Source: an uncultured Chloroflexia bacterium
GTDB taxonomy: Bacteria > Chloroflexota > Dehalococcoidia > DSTF01 > JALHUB01
Length of the DNA: 64,000 nt
Reading direction: 5' to 3'
Assembly: GCA_963703345.1 (NCBI GenBank)
Contig: OY969814.1
Coordinates: 1,696,001-1,760,000 of the forward strand
Part shown: piece by piece, positions 1 through 9,096 of the stretch
Numbering within the stretch: the first letter of the stretch is position 1
Layout: each line of letters opens with the position of its first letter
Notes under the pieces: generated by a model
Seen by the model: only the letters and a program-made list of their open reading frames with translations
The model's database searches: none
What the model was told of the DNA's origin: nothing
Translations under genes and position numbers: made by a program

Positions 1-2
1 CG

Positions 3-635
3 GATGGGCGCGCCGTGGTATTCGCCAACGCCGAAGGTATCTTTTCAACCAACGCGACGAGCGGCGAGAAGACGCGCCTCTACGCCTGGCCATCGGGGAC
101 TAGCGAGACACACGGCGAACTGACGATTTCGGCCGACGGCAAGTACGCTCTCGCCAGCGCCAGCAGCGGCCCGCAAAGGGACGCCGTCATCGTGCCGCTG
201 GACGGCAGGACGAAGGGGGTCCGGATCGCGTACGTCGAGTTGAGCGATGCCGCCTGGTCACCGACGGAGGACTTCCTGGCGATCATCGCCGACCGGTGTA
301 CGCCCGATGCTAGACTGCTGCTGGTGAACGGCGACGGCGGCCTGCGCGCGACCATTTCCGGCGCTGAGTTCATCCCCACCTTTTCTCCCGACGGCACGCT
401 TCTGGCGTATGTCGGAGGCGATCCGGCGGAAGCGGGAACGCAGGGCCAGGGCGGAACTGTGATAAGGAGCGCAACTGGGGATAATGCACTTATCGCTTTC
501 GCTCCGGGTCTATTTAACGATGGGCCGTGGTCGCCAGACGGGCGCTGGATGGCCTACTCGCCCTCGGGGCCATCGCCGTTCGTGGACAGTTGCGCCGTGG
601 GCGACGAGCGAACGGCAATCACGCCGTTCCCGTAG
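3..635 (+). CDS. TolB-like/PD40 beta-propeller protein, 5'-truncated by the window edge
   Basis: Frame is open from the window start. Repeated WSP/FSPDG motifs and the C-terminal ITPFP align with the next two paralogs. Confidence 0.8.
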   Translation, partial: DGRAVVFANAEGIFSTNATSGEKTRLYAWPSGTSETHGELTISADGKYALASASSGPQRDAVIVPLDGRTKGVRIAYVELSDAAWSPTEDFLAIIADRCTPDARLLLVNGDGGLRATISGAEFIPTFSPDGTLLAYVGGDPAEAGTQGQGGTVIRSATGDNALIAFAPGLFNDGPWSPDGRWMAYSPSGPSPFVDSCAVGDERTAITPFP

Positions 636-746
636 CCAACGACGGAACGGGGGCGCGGGATGTTTTCGAAAGCGCGGTCGGGTGTTTTCTATCGCAGATG
701 TAAGTCGTAAAGTAGATACAGTCATCGAAATCGACGAGGGGTTGCC

Positions 747-1988
747 ATGAAGACTGCGGTTGTCGCGTCCCTTTTCGGGTTCATTCTCATCGGGTTAGCG
801 CCTTTCGTCGCCGGCTGTGGCACCAGCGAGAGCGTGTCGGTAACGCCCGCGCCTCTTCCGGCGAGCAGCCAGGTGACGCTGGCGAAGGTGAAGGCGCCGG
901 ACAGCAAGGCCGAGGGGACGCTTTACGTGGGCGACGCGTCGAACGGCGACATCTTCCAGGTGAAGACGAAGGTCAAGTCGCCGCTGTCGGCGGTGGAATG
1001 GCTGTCGCCGAATCAACTCATCGTCGTCAGCTACTATCACGACTACTACGTGCTCGACCTGGACGCGAAGACGCTGAACCAGCTTCCAGGCACGATGGCG
1101 GACTCGAACGTCACGTTCTCGCACGCGGGCGACATGATGGCGAGCACCGGCCCCAACGGTGAGCTGCTGATCGGGTCGGCGAAGGACGGACACCAGTTGA
1201 GCCAGGTCACGAGTAGCCCGACAGCTTACGCTCTCTGGGCGCCGGACGACAAGCACGTCTTCTGGCCCGGGGCGCCCTCCGGCATCGCCGCCGTCGGCTC
1301 GAGTTGGAAGGTTGTCACGGTGGACACCGGCGAATCGGCTCTCAACGCCACCTGGACGAGCGACAGCGGGTCGGTCGTCCTCGCGGATTCGGCGGGAGTC
1401 TATTCCATCGACGCGAACAGCGGCGCCAAGACGGCTCTCTACTCCTGGCCGACCGGCAGCAACGTGCACCCGCAAGCCCTGAAGCTCTCCACCGACGGGA
1501 GGTATGCCGTCGTCACGACGAGCAACGGCAACGGCGGCTTCCGCACGCTGATCGTGCCGCTTTCCGGCGCGTCGAAGGGCGCGCAAGTGACCGGCGTCTG
1601 GCCCGGCAACGCGCAGTGGTCACCAACGGAAGACGTGCTGGCGATCATCGCCGATTGGTGCAGGCCGGAAGCGGGGCTGCTGCTCGTCAACCCGGACGGC
1701 AGCATCAAGTCGACCATTGCCGCCGACCCGGCGCTTCAGATGCCGCGCTTCTCGCCCGACGGCCGCACGATAGCGTACGTTGGGTCGGACCCGGAGGAGG
1801 AAGGGTCGCAGGCGGTCGGGCTGGTGCTGACAAGCGTGGATGAGAACGATGTGGTCGCATTCCTGCCGGGCTTCATGGGTGACGACTCCTGGTCGCCCGA
1901 CGGCCACTGGCTGGCGTATACGCCCGGGCCGGCTCCCTATGAGTGCGCGGACACCGGCGGGAGCACGCTGATCATGCCGTTCCCCTAG
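747..1988 (+). CDS. Lipoprotein with TolB-like/PD40 beta-propeller
   Basis: GAGGGG RBS, signal peptide with lipobox VAGC, repeated W(S/A)PD(G) motifs, ends IMPFP. Confidence 0.85.
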   Translation: MKTAVVASLFGFILIGLAPFVAGCGTSESVSVTPAPLPASSQVTLAKVKAPDSKAEGTLYVGDASNGDIFQVKTKVKSPLSAVEWLSPNQLIVVSYYHDYYVLDLDAKTLNQLPGTMADSNVTFSHAGDMMASTGPNGELLIGSAKDGHQLSQVTSSPTAYALWAPDDKHVFWPGAPSGIAAVGSSWKVVTVDTGESALNATWTSDSGSVVLADSAGVYSIDANSGAKTALYSWPTGSNVHPQALKLSTDGRYAVVTTSNGNGGFRTLIVPLSGASKGAQVTGVWPGNAQWSPTEDVLAIIADWCRPEAGLLLVNPDGSIKSTIAADPALQMPRFSPDGRTIAYVGSDPEEEGSQAVGLVLTSVDENDVVAFLPGFMGDDSWSPDGHWLAYTPGPAPYECADTGGSTLIMPFP

Positions 1989-2130
1989 CCACTGTCGCGC
2001 AAATCATCTCCAGAGAGCCTGAAGGCTACCACTTCGGAGGAAAGCCGCAGGTAGCGTACGGCTGGCGTCGAGCACGGCCCTGAGCGTAGAGTTATGTTAA
2101 GCGCAATCCGACGCCGAGGACAGGGCTGTT

Positions 2131-3471
2131 ATGAAGAAGACCCGGGCCAGTTCGCTCCTCGGATTCCTGCCGCTCGCCGTGATTGCGCTGCTCGTGGCGG
2201 GCTGCGGGCGCGGCAACGGCTTCGAGAGCGCTGCGTCGAAAACGCCGACGCTGGAGCCGACGGAAACGCCGTTCCCCATCTGGACGCCGCCGCCGCCTAT
2301 GCCGGAGAACAGCGCGATAACGCTTGTGCCCGCAGGTCCGCCCACAAGCTATGGCGAGCTTCCGGCAGGCATCTACGTCGCTGATGCGTCTACGGGAGAG
2401 GCGTTCCAGGTGGTGACAGCGCCCGGCCCCATCTTGGAGCCCTGGGAATGGATATCTCCGACCCAGCTCGTGCTCTGCGGCTGGGAGCCACCGGACCGTA
2501 GCTGCTACTTGCTCGACCTCGATGCGAAGACGCTTCGCCGCCTTCCCCGCTCGAACGAGCACGGAATCACTGTCTCCCATTCCGGCGACCTCATGACAAC
2601 CCTGGACCTTTTCGATCTCGTCATCTCGTCGGTTGCGGACGACCGCGAGATCGGCCGGATAGTCAACGGGCCGATGGCTATCGAGAACTGGAACCCCTAC
2701 GTGAGCTGGGCACCCGATGACAAGCACATCTACGTTCGGTCGGCGGGAAGCACAACCGGCCTCATTGCCTCCGTCGAAGCCGCGCCTAAGGTTGTGGCTG
2801 CGGACACGCCCGGCGCCACCGAGACCGCAGACTGGACGCCGGACAGCCGCGCGGTGGTTTTCGCAAACGGGGACGGCGTCTTCTCAATCGATGCCACGAG
2901 CGGCGAGACGACGCGTCTCTACTCGTGGCCGGCCGGCAGCAATGTTGTTCCGGAAGAGGTCAGGCTTTCGCCGGACGGGAAGTATGCTTTGGCCGAAACG
3001 TACAAGACGCGGGAGGCTTACATCGTGCCACTGGACGGCCGGACGCAGGGGATCAGAATCACGAACGTCGAACCGAGCGACTCCGCCTGGTCGCCGACGG
3101 ATGACGTCTTGGCGCTAATAGCGGACCGCTGCACGCAGGACTCGCGGCTGGTGCTGGTTAACCCGGACGGGAGCATCCGCACGACGGTCAAGGACGCCGA
3201 CTTCATACCGCGTTTCTCCGCCGACGGCAGGATGATGGCTTTCGTGGGACCCGATCCGTCGGCGAGCGGGACGCAAGTGGCGTATGGTGTGGTCGTGAGG
3301 AGTGCCAGCGGCGACTACAGCGTCGCATCATTCGTGCCGAATCTCTTCGACGACACGACGTGGTCGCCGGACGGTCGCTGGTTCGCGGACGAGACGGGGA
3401 TTATGCCGGCGCCGTACGCGAACAGTTGCATGGAGACTTCGTCCAAGACGGAGATCACGCCGTTTCCGTAG
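2131..3471 (+). CDS. Lipoprotein with TolB-like/PD40 beta-propeller
   Basis: Lipobox VAGC, Pro/Thr linker, W(S/T/A)PD repeats, ends ITPFP; paralog of 747..1988. Confidence 0.85.
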   Translation: MKKTRASSLLGFLPLAVIALLVAGCGRGNGFESAASKTPTLEPTETPFPIWTPPPPMPENSAITLVPAGPPTSYGELPAGIYVADASTGEAFQVVTAPGPILEPWEWISPTQLVLCGWEPPDRSCYLLDLDAKTLRRLPRSNEHGITVSHSGDLMTTLDLFDLVISSVADDREIGRIVNGPMAIENWNPYVSWAPDDKHIYVRSAGSTTGLIASVEAAPKVVAADTPGATETADWTPDSRAVVFANGDGVFSIDATSGETTRLYSWPAGSNVVPEEVRLSPDGKYALAETYKTREAYIVPLDGRTQGIRITNVEPSDSAWSPTDDVLALIADRCTQDSRLVLVNPDGSIRTTVKDADFIPRFSADGRMMAFVGPDPSASGTQVAYGVVVRSASGDYSVASFVPNLFDDTTWSPDGRWFADETGIMPAPYANSCMETSSKTEITPFP

Positions 3472-3492
3472 GCCCCACGCTCGCGCGGACGA

Positions 3493-3520
3493 AAGGGGCC
3501 GGCCGGTCGGCCGACCCCTG
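3493..3520 (+). terminator. Possible GC-rich hairpin after the propeller array
   Basis: Imperfect inverted repeat aggggccggcc..ggccgacccct after the stop codon; no clear U-tract. Confidence 0.3.
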
Positions 3521-3612
3521 AATCGTTCGCCGAATCGTCCATAATCTCTCTTGGGCTCGTTCTTGACGGTGGGCCATTTGCCGTTTATCATCCTCGCGAA
3601 CGGGGTGCGCAC

Positions 3613-4392
3613 ATGTTCCTTCCTCGATTGTGTCGTCGTTATGTTTACTCCCTGCCGATTCTACTGATCGCGATTGCAGCATTGTCTTCGGGCTGCATGT
3701 GGGGTGTCGTCACCGATGCCACCACTGGTGCCCCGATTGGCGGCGCAAAGGTCACGCTGACGGATCAACGCGGCCAGAGCGTCACAACCACGACAGATGA
3801 ACAGGGAGTCTTTAGCCTCAGTCCAACAAATCTTGCGCCTCTGTTCCACGCGACCATCAAGGCCCAAGCACCAGGCTATGGTGCAATCACCCAACTTCTC
3901 GGCCGGAACCCAACGGCCTTCGAATTGCTCCGGGGAACGTTCGCCTACTACCATGACAAGGTTATGCACCTCTCGCTCTTCTTTCCGGCGGGTTGGACGA
4001 TAGGCGACCCCGATACCGTTCCGCTGGGTGACGCCTCGGCACCTGACGACAAGAACACGTTCTGTGTGATGATGGCAGATCCGATAACTGGCGGAAGCCT
4101 AGACTCCACAATGAACAATCTGCTGGCAGTGATAGGAATATTTGATACAAACTACAAGTTTGCGAAGACGGTCGATACCACCGTAAAAGGTTTGCCTGCG
4201 GTGAAGACTCGCGAATACCCGGCGGATGGGAGCTTTCAGACAAGGCAGGGAGCCTCGGAGTCCCTGAACTACTTGATCGGCCTCAACGACACGTGGGCAT
4301 ACAACATTTCGTGCCAGACCTCGGAAGCCCAGTACCGGCAGTGGGAACCGAAGTTCGAGGCGATTGTCCACAGCCTGACTCTGGACAAGTAG
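3613..4392 (+). CDS. Putative lipoprotein: carboxypeptidase-regulatory-like Ig domain plus PsbP-like domain
   Basis: Lipobox-like LSSGC; GVVTDATTGAPIGGAKV and TTTDEQGVF motifs; C-terminal domain with FPAGW and FEAIVHSL typical of PsbP/DcrB-like folds. Confidence 0.65.
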   Translation: MFLPRLCRRYVYSLPILLIAIAALSSGCMWGVVTDATTGAPIGGAKVTLTDQRGQSVTTTTDEQGVFSLSPTNLAPLFHATIKAQAPGYGAITQLLGRNPTAFELLRGTFAYYHDKVMHLSLFFPAGWTIGDPDTVPLGDASAPDDKNTFCVMMADPITGGSLDSTMNNLLAVIGIFDTNYKFAKTVDTTVKGLPAVKTREYPADGSFQTRQGASESLNYLIGLNDTWAYNISCQTSEAQYRQWEPKFEAIVHSLTLDK

Positions 4393-4446
4393 TCGGCGCG
4401 ACATAGCCCTGGCACGCGCGTGCCTCCGGCGCAGATTCGGGGTCGG

Positions 4447-4548
4447 GCAACATCTGCGTGGATCTTCCCACCATCCCACCCTAGAAAGGTTTTTTATCTG
4501 GGGGACACCCCCAGACCCCCGGGCTCCCTCTGCACACCCTCTTTTCGA
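4447..4548. repeat. Dispersed palindromic (MITE/REP-like) element, left copy
   Basis: Contains the hairpin tctgggggacacccccaga and is a degenerate reverse complement of 5452..5566. Confidence 0.55.
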
Positions 4549-4556
4549 CTAGGGCC

Positions 4557-5405
4557 TCACCAGCGTAGCTCTATGCGCTCGGCGTCAAACGCTTTCTTCA
4601 GGCGACGGCGCAGCTCTCCCATGACGTCCCACTGACGCATCGGCTTGGTCACGCCCAGCACTTTCAGGGAGACGCCGCTGTCCTTGAAGGCGTCAACGCG
4701 CTCGACGTGCGGCGCCTGGGTGATCAGCGAGCCGTAGTCGAGGTCGGCGGCCAGCTCGCGGCCCACGGCGTCGATGATGGCGGTCGCTTTGTCGAGATCG
4801 GCGTCGTAAGCGACGGTGACGCTCATGTTCACGCCCGACCAGTCGCGGGTGTAGTTGCTGGAAACGCGGATCTCGCTGTTGGGCACGCTGTAAACGACGC
4901 CGTCGAGGTCGCGCAGGACGGTGCGCCTCAGGTTCACTTCTTCGACGCGGCCGGTCACGCCGGCAACAGTCACGACGTCGCCGATGCCGAACTGGTTCTC
5001 GATGAGGATGAACAGGCCGTTCAGGGTGTCGCGGACGAGGGCCTGGGCGCCAAAGCCGATGGCGATGCCGGCGATGCCCACGCCGGCCAGCAACGCGCCG
5101 ATGTTGACGCTCAGCTCCGGCAGGACCATCAGCAGGGCGACGACGCCCAGCGCAACCTCCGCTGTCCGCAGGAAGGCGTTGACGAGGGTGGCCGAGCGCT
5201 TGGAGGTCTCTTCCGCAGGCCGTCCGAGCATCTGCCGTCGCACGGCGGCATCGATGACGGGCGGAACGACGATGCGCAGGAAGACGAAGACGGCAAGGAT
5301 GACGGCGACGATAACGACGATCTTCAGTCCGTGGGTAATGAGCCAGTCGCCGACGCGGTCGCCGGTGACGCGGGCGAAGAGAAGGGTTGCGAGGGCGGCG
5401 TTCAT
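4557..5405 (-). CDS. mscS: Small-conductance mechanosensitive channel, MscS family (YbiO/YkuT-like)
   Basis: GIAGIAIGFGAQALVRD, ENQFGIGDVV, GRVEEVNLRRTVLRDLDG, VPNSEI. TAGAAT lies 7 nt before the ATG, suggesting a leaderless mRNA. Confidence 0.93.
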   Translation of the reverse strand: MNAALATLLFARVTGDRVGDWLITHGLKIVVIVAVILAVFVFLRIVVPPVIDAAVRRQMLGRPAEETSKRSATLVNAFLRTAEVALGVVALLMVLPELSVNIGALLAGVGIAGIAIGFGAQALVRDTLNGLFILIENQFGIGDVVTVAGVTGRVEEVNLRRTVLRDLDGVVYSVPNSEIRVSSNYTRDWSGVNMSVTVAYDADLDKATAIIDAVGRELAADLDYGSLITQAPHVERVDAFKDSGVSLKVLGVTKPMRQWDVMGELRRRLKKAFDAERIELRW

Positions 5406-5451
5406 GCGGCCTATTCTACGCCAGCCAGCGTTCGAATTTCCAACCGCGAAT

Positions 5452-5566
5452 CAGGGGGAGTGAAGAGGGGGAAATCCCCCTCTTCCAGGGGTCACAGGGG
5501 ATGTGCCCCTGGGATTGCAGAAAACCAGACTAGGGCGGGCGGGTGGGAAGAAGAACGCAGCTTTGC
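5452..5566. repeat. Dispersed palindromic (MITE/REP-like) element, right copy, inverted
   Basis: Hairpins gaagaggggg-aaat-ccccctcttc and cagggg..cccctg; ctagggcgggcgggtgggaagaagaacgcag mirrors 4447..4484. Confidence 0.55.
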
Positions 5567-5614
5567 GCACCGGGGAGCAGGCGGGGGACGGCGAGCGAGC
5601 GCGGTTTTACGCAC

Positions 5615-7831
5615 CTAGGCTTCGACCTTCTCCAGCGGCGCAAACGATAGCAGCAGCTTCTTGATGCCCGCTTCCCCCTTGAACGCCACTGTCACCTTCT
5701 GGTCCGACGCCTCGATGTCGCAGCTTACGACGATGCCTTCCCCGAAGCGGGCATGCCGGACGTGGTCGCCGGGGGCGAAGGCGGGCTCGAGCTGCGGCGG
5801 CAACGGCTCGTCGTCCGACGAAGGCGGCCGGTGGAAGGCGCGCAGGTGCGTGCGCGGGGACATTGCGGTCGGCCGCCCCGCCGGTTCAGGCATCGCCAGC
5901 AGCTCTTCCGGTATGTCCTTGAGGAAGCGCGACGACGGGTTGTGCGTCGCCATGCCCATATGATGGCGTCGAAACGCCCGCACGAGGTACAAGCGCTCCT
6001 TGGCCCGCGTGATGCCGACGTAGGCCAGGCGGCGCTCCTCCTCCATCTGCGACGGCTCGTCGAAGGAGCGGATGTGCGGCAACAGGCCTTCCTCCAAACC
6101 AACGATGAACACGATCGGGAACTCCAGCCCCTTCGCCGCGTGCAGGGTGATCAGCGTTACCGCGTCCACCTTCTCGTCGTACTCGTCGGTGTCGGTCATG
6201 AGGGCGGCCTCTTCTAGGAACGTGGGCAGCGCCGCGTCCGGGGCGAGGGCATCGTACTGGGCGGCGACCGTTTGCAACTCCTCGACGTTGTCCCAGCGGT
6301 CCTCGCCGTCCTCGAACTCCGCCAGCAGGTAGTGGCGGTAGTCGATGCGCTCCAGCAACTGGGTCAGGAGGTCAGAGACGGTAAGCGAAGCCGCCTCCGC
6401 AATGAGGTCGTTCAGCAATTCGAGGAAGGCCAGCAGTGCCTTGACCGTCCGAGAGGCGAAGGGATGCGTGCGCTTGCCCTCGTCCGCCTGCTCCTCCTCG
6501 GCGATGAGCTGAAGCGCGGCGTAAGCCGGCACGTTCATCTCCGCAGACCAGCGCGCCAGCTCCTCCAGCGTCCGCTGCCCGATGCCTCGCGCCGGCACGT
6601 TGATGACCCGCGTCAGGCTGAGGCTATCGAAGGGGTTGTGGACGAGCCGCAGGTAGGCGATGACGTCCTTCACTTCGCGCCGCTCGTAGAAGCGCGTCCC
6701 GCCGACCAGCCGGTAGCGCAGGTTGTCGCGCACGAACACCTCTTCCAATGACCGCGACTGGGCGTTCGTCCGGTACATAACGGCGATGTCGCCCCAGCGG
6801 TGCTCGCCGGTCCGCACCAGCCGTTGCGCCTCGTCGGCGACGAACTCCGCTTCCTCTTCCTCGTCGTAGGCTTCGTAGGCGACGATGGGCGTGCCGGCGC
6901 CCTTCTCCGTCCAGAGCTTCTTCTCCTTGCGCTGCTGGTTGACGCTAATCACGGAGTTCGCTGAGTCGAGGATGTTCTGTGTCGAGCGGTAGTTCTGCTC
7001 GAGGTAGACGACGCGCGCGTCCGGGTAGTCGCGTTCGAAGTTCAGGATGTTGCGCAGGTCGGCGGAGCGCCAGGAGTAGATCGACTGGTCGGGGTCGCCG
7101 ACGACGCAGATGTTGCGGTGAAGGCCCGCAAGCTGCCGCGCCAGCACGTACTGGGCGACGTTCGTGTCCTGGAACTCGTCGATGAGGACGTGAAGATAGC
7201 GCTCCTGGTACTTGCGCAGCACCTCCTCGTCGTGACGAAAGAGAAGCGCCGTCTTGAGGAGAAGGTCGTCGAAGTCGAGGGCGTTGTTGTCGGCAAGCGC
7301 CTTCTCGTAGCGCTCGTAGGCGCGGGAGACGATCTCCTCGAAGTAGCTGGCGACGGTCTTGGCGTAGCTCTCCGGCGTCGCCAGCTCGCTCTTCGCCTTC
7401 GATATGACGGACAGCACGGCGCGAGACGGATAGCGCTTGGGATCGACGCCCATGTCGGCCAGAACGCGGCGCATCAGCGTCATCTGGTCGGCGTCGTCGT
7501 AGATCACGAAGCCGCGGGCGACGCCAGCGCGCTCGCCATCGATTCGAAGCATGCGCGAGCAGACGGCGTGGAAGGTGCCCAGGGTCAGCGCCCGCGTCCG
7601 CTCGCCGATCAGGCCGTAGACGCGGTCCCGCATCTCGCGCGCCGCCTTGTTCGTGAACGTGACGGCGAGGATTCGGTACGGGTCGACGCCTTGGCCGGCG
7701 ACGAGGTAAGCGATGCGGTGGGCGATGACGCGCGTCTTGCCGCTGCCCGGCCCCGCCAGTATGAGGAGGGGGCCTCCGGCGGTCTGCACGGCCTCGCGTT
7801 GAGGCGCATTGAGCTCTTCGAGAACGTCCAT
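5615..7831 (-). CDS. pcrA: ATP-dependent DNA helicase UvrD/PcrA
   Basis: Walker A AGPGSGKT, DEFQD, VGDPDQSIYSWR, TLHAAKGLEF, EEERRLAYVGITRA and C-terminal Tudor-like domain; start taken at MDVLEELN. Confidence 0.96.
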   Translation of the reverse strand: MDVLEELNAPQREAVQTAGGPLLILAGPGSGKTRVIAHRIAYLVAGQGVDPYRILAVTFTNKAAREMRDRVYGLIGERTRALTLGTFHAVCSRMLRIDGERAGVARGFVIYDDADQMTLMRRVLADMGVDPKRYPSRAVLSVISKAKSELATPESYAKTVASYFEEIVSRAYERYEKALADNNALDFDDLLLKTALLFRHDEEVLRKYQERYLHVLIDEFQDTNVAQYVLARQLAGLHRNICVVGDPDQSIYSWRSADLRNILNFERDYPDARVVYLEQNYRSTQNILDSANSVISVNQQRKEKKLWTEKGAGTPIVAYEAYDEEEEAEFVADEAQRLVRTGEHRWGDIAVMYRTNAQSRSLEEVFVRDNLRYRLVGGTRFYERREVKDVIAYLRLVHNPFDSLSLTRVINVPARGIGQRTLEELARWSAEMNVPAYAALQLIAEEEQADEGKRTHPFASRTVKALLAFLELLNDLIAEAASLTVSDLLTQLLERIDYRHYLLAEFEDGEDRWDNVEELQTVAAQYDALAPDAALPTFLEEAALMTDTDEYDEKVDAVTLITLHAAKGLEFPIVFIVGLEEGLLPHIRSFDEPSQMEEERRLAYVGITRAKERLYLVRAFRRHHMGMATHNPSSRFLKDIPEELLAMPEPAGRPTAMSPRTHLRAFHRPPSSDDEPLPPQLEPAFAPGDHVRHARFGEGIVVSCDIEASDQKVTVAFKGEAGIKKLLLSFAPLEKVEA

Positions 7832-8033
7832 AAGTGTAGCGACGCGTCCAGCGGGAAAGAAGCCGTCGATGGCTTCGCGTGGCGAGTCTATTCTAGCAGC
7901 GGCATCCTCCTCGCTCAACGCGAAGCAGCCGGCCCCGTCTCGTCAATGACAGTAGCGCGGAACGCGTGCTATAATCGCGGCGAACGTGGGGACAGAGGAC
8001 TAGGTTCGGAAGTCATCTTCTGGAGAGAGAGAT

Positions 8034-8609
8034 ATGGGCCCGTTCTCCGATTGGACCACCGTGGTGAAGCTGCTCATCGCGCTCGCGGCCTCGTACTGGG
8101 CGATTCTCTGGCTCAGCGCCGTCATCTGGACGTATCGCGACAGCAAGGAGCGGGACGGCGACTCCCTGTCCCAGACCATCGCGGTCGTGCTGGTGCTCGT
8201 CTTCAACATTCCGGGGCTTATCCTCTACCTCATCCTGCGCCCGCATGAAACGCTGGCCGAGGCGTACATCCGCAACCTGGAGACGGAGGCGATGCTGCAC
8301 GAGGTGGACGACCAGCAGCTCTGCTACGCCTGCCAGAAACACATCCGGCGCGACTTTGCTTTTTGCCCGCACTGTCGCACTCGCCTGCTGGAAGACTGCG
8401 CCGCCTGTGGCAAACCGATAAGCCTCAATTGGGCGATCTGCGCCTACTGCGGCCAGGAGCGAACGCTAGCTGTGGCGAAGAAGCGGGGGGCTGCCGCCGC
8501 CACATCCGGGGCTGCTCAGCCGGTCGCGGGGCCTTCGACGCTGCTTTCGGTGACGCCGGAGAGCAGTGCCGCTCCCGACGCGGGGTCGTCTGAGGTTCCC
8601 GGCTTCTAG
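8034..8609 (+). CDS. Membrane protein with double zinc ribbon
   Basis: Two N-terminal TM segments ending LYLILRP, four CxxC motifs, GGAG RBS, upstream TGcTATAAT at about 7967-7975. Confidence 0.85.
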   Translation: MGPFSDWTTVVKLLIALAASYWAILWLSAVIWTYRDSKERDGDSLSQTIAVVLVLVFNIPGLILYLILRPHETLAEAYIRNLETEAMLHEVDDQQLCYACQKHIRRDFAFCPHCRTRLLEDCAACGKPISLNWAICAYCGQERTLAVAKKRGAAAATSGAAQPVAGPSTLLSVTPESSAAPDAGSSEVPGF

Positions 8610-8702
8610 CGGTCTTCCAAGTCACAGGCTGACAATCGTCGAAGGCCGGGGCTGAAAAGCCTCGGCCAACGTTGTCAGCCTAGGAAGGAGCTCGAATACT
8701 CG

Positions 8703-9071
8703 GTGGCTACTATCACCTTGGCGCTTTCCGAGGCGCCGTACGGACGGGAACGGTTCTACACGGCGTTGCGCTTCCTCCTGGTAGCGCTTCACGAAGGGCA
8801 CAAAGCTAACCTGTTCCTGCTCGAAGACGCCGTCTACGCCGGCAAGAAAGGGCAGGCGCCAGCGGAGATGCCTGTCGGGAGCGAGCGGATGCCCAACGGC
8901 GAGGAACTCCTCAAGGCGGCGATCCTGGAAGGGCTGACGGTCCGGGCCTGTCGCGTCTGCTGCTCGGAGCGAGGCGTAAGTCAGGACGAGCTTATCGACG
9001 GCGTGGAGATCGGCTCGATGCTGGACCTGGTCAACTGGGTCGTCGAGAGCGATAAGGCGCTTTTTTGGTGA
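8703..9071 (+). CDS. DsrE/DsrF-like (YchN-type) sulfur-relay family protein
   Basis: APYGRER, LFLLEDAV, ACRVCCSERG, SDKALFW; AGGAG RBS before a GTG start. Confidence 0.85.
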   Translation: MATITLALSEAPYGRERFYTALRFLLVALHEGHKANLFLLEDAVYAGKKGQAPAEMPVGSERMPNGEELLKAAILEGLTVRACRVCCSERGVSQDELIDGVEIGSMLDLVNWVVESDKALFW

Positions 9072-9096
9072 TGCCGCCCGCTGGAGGATACCGGCG

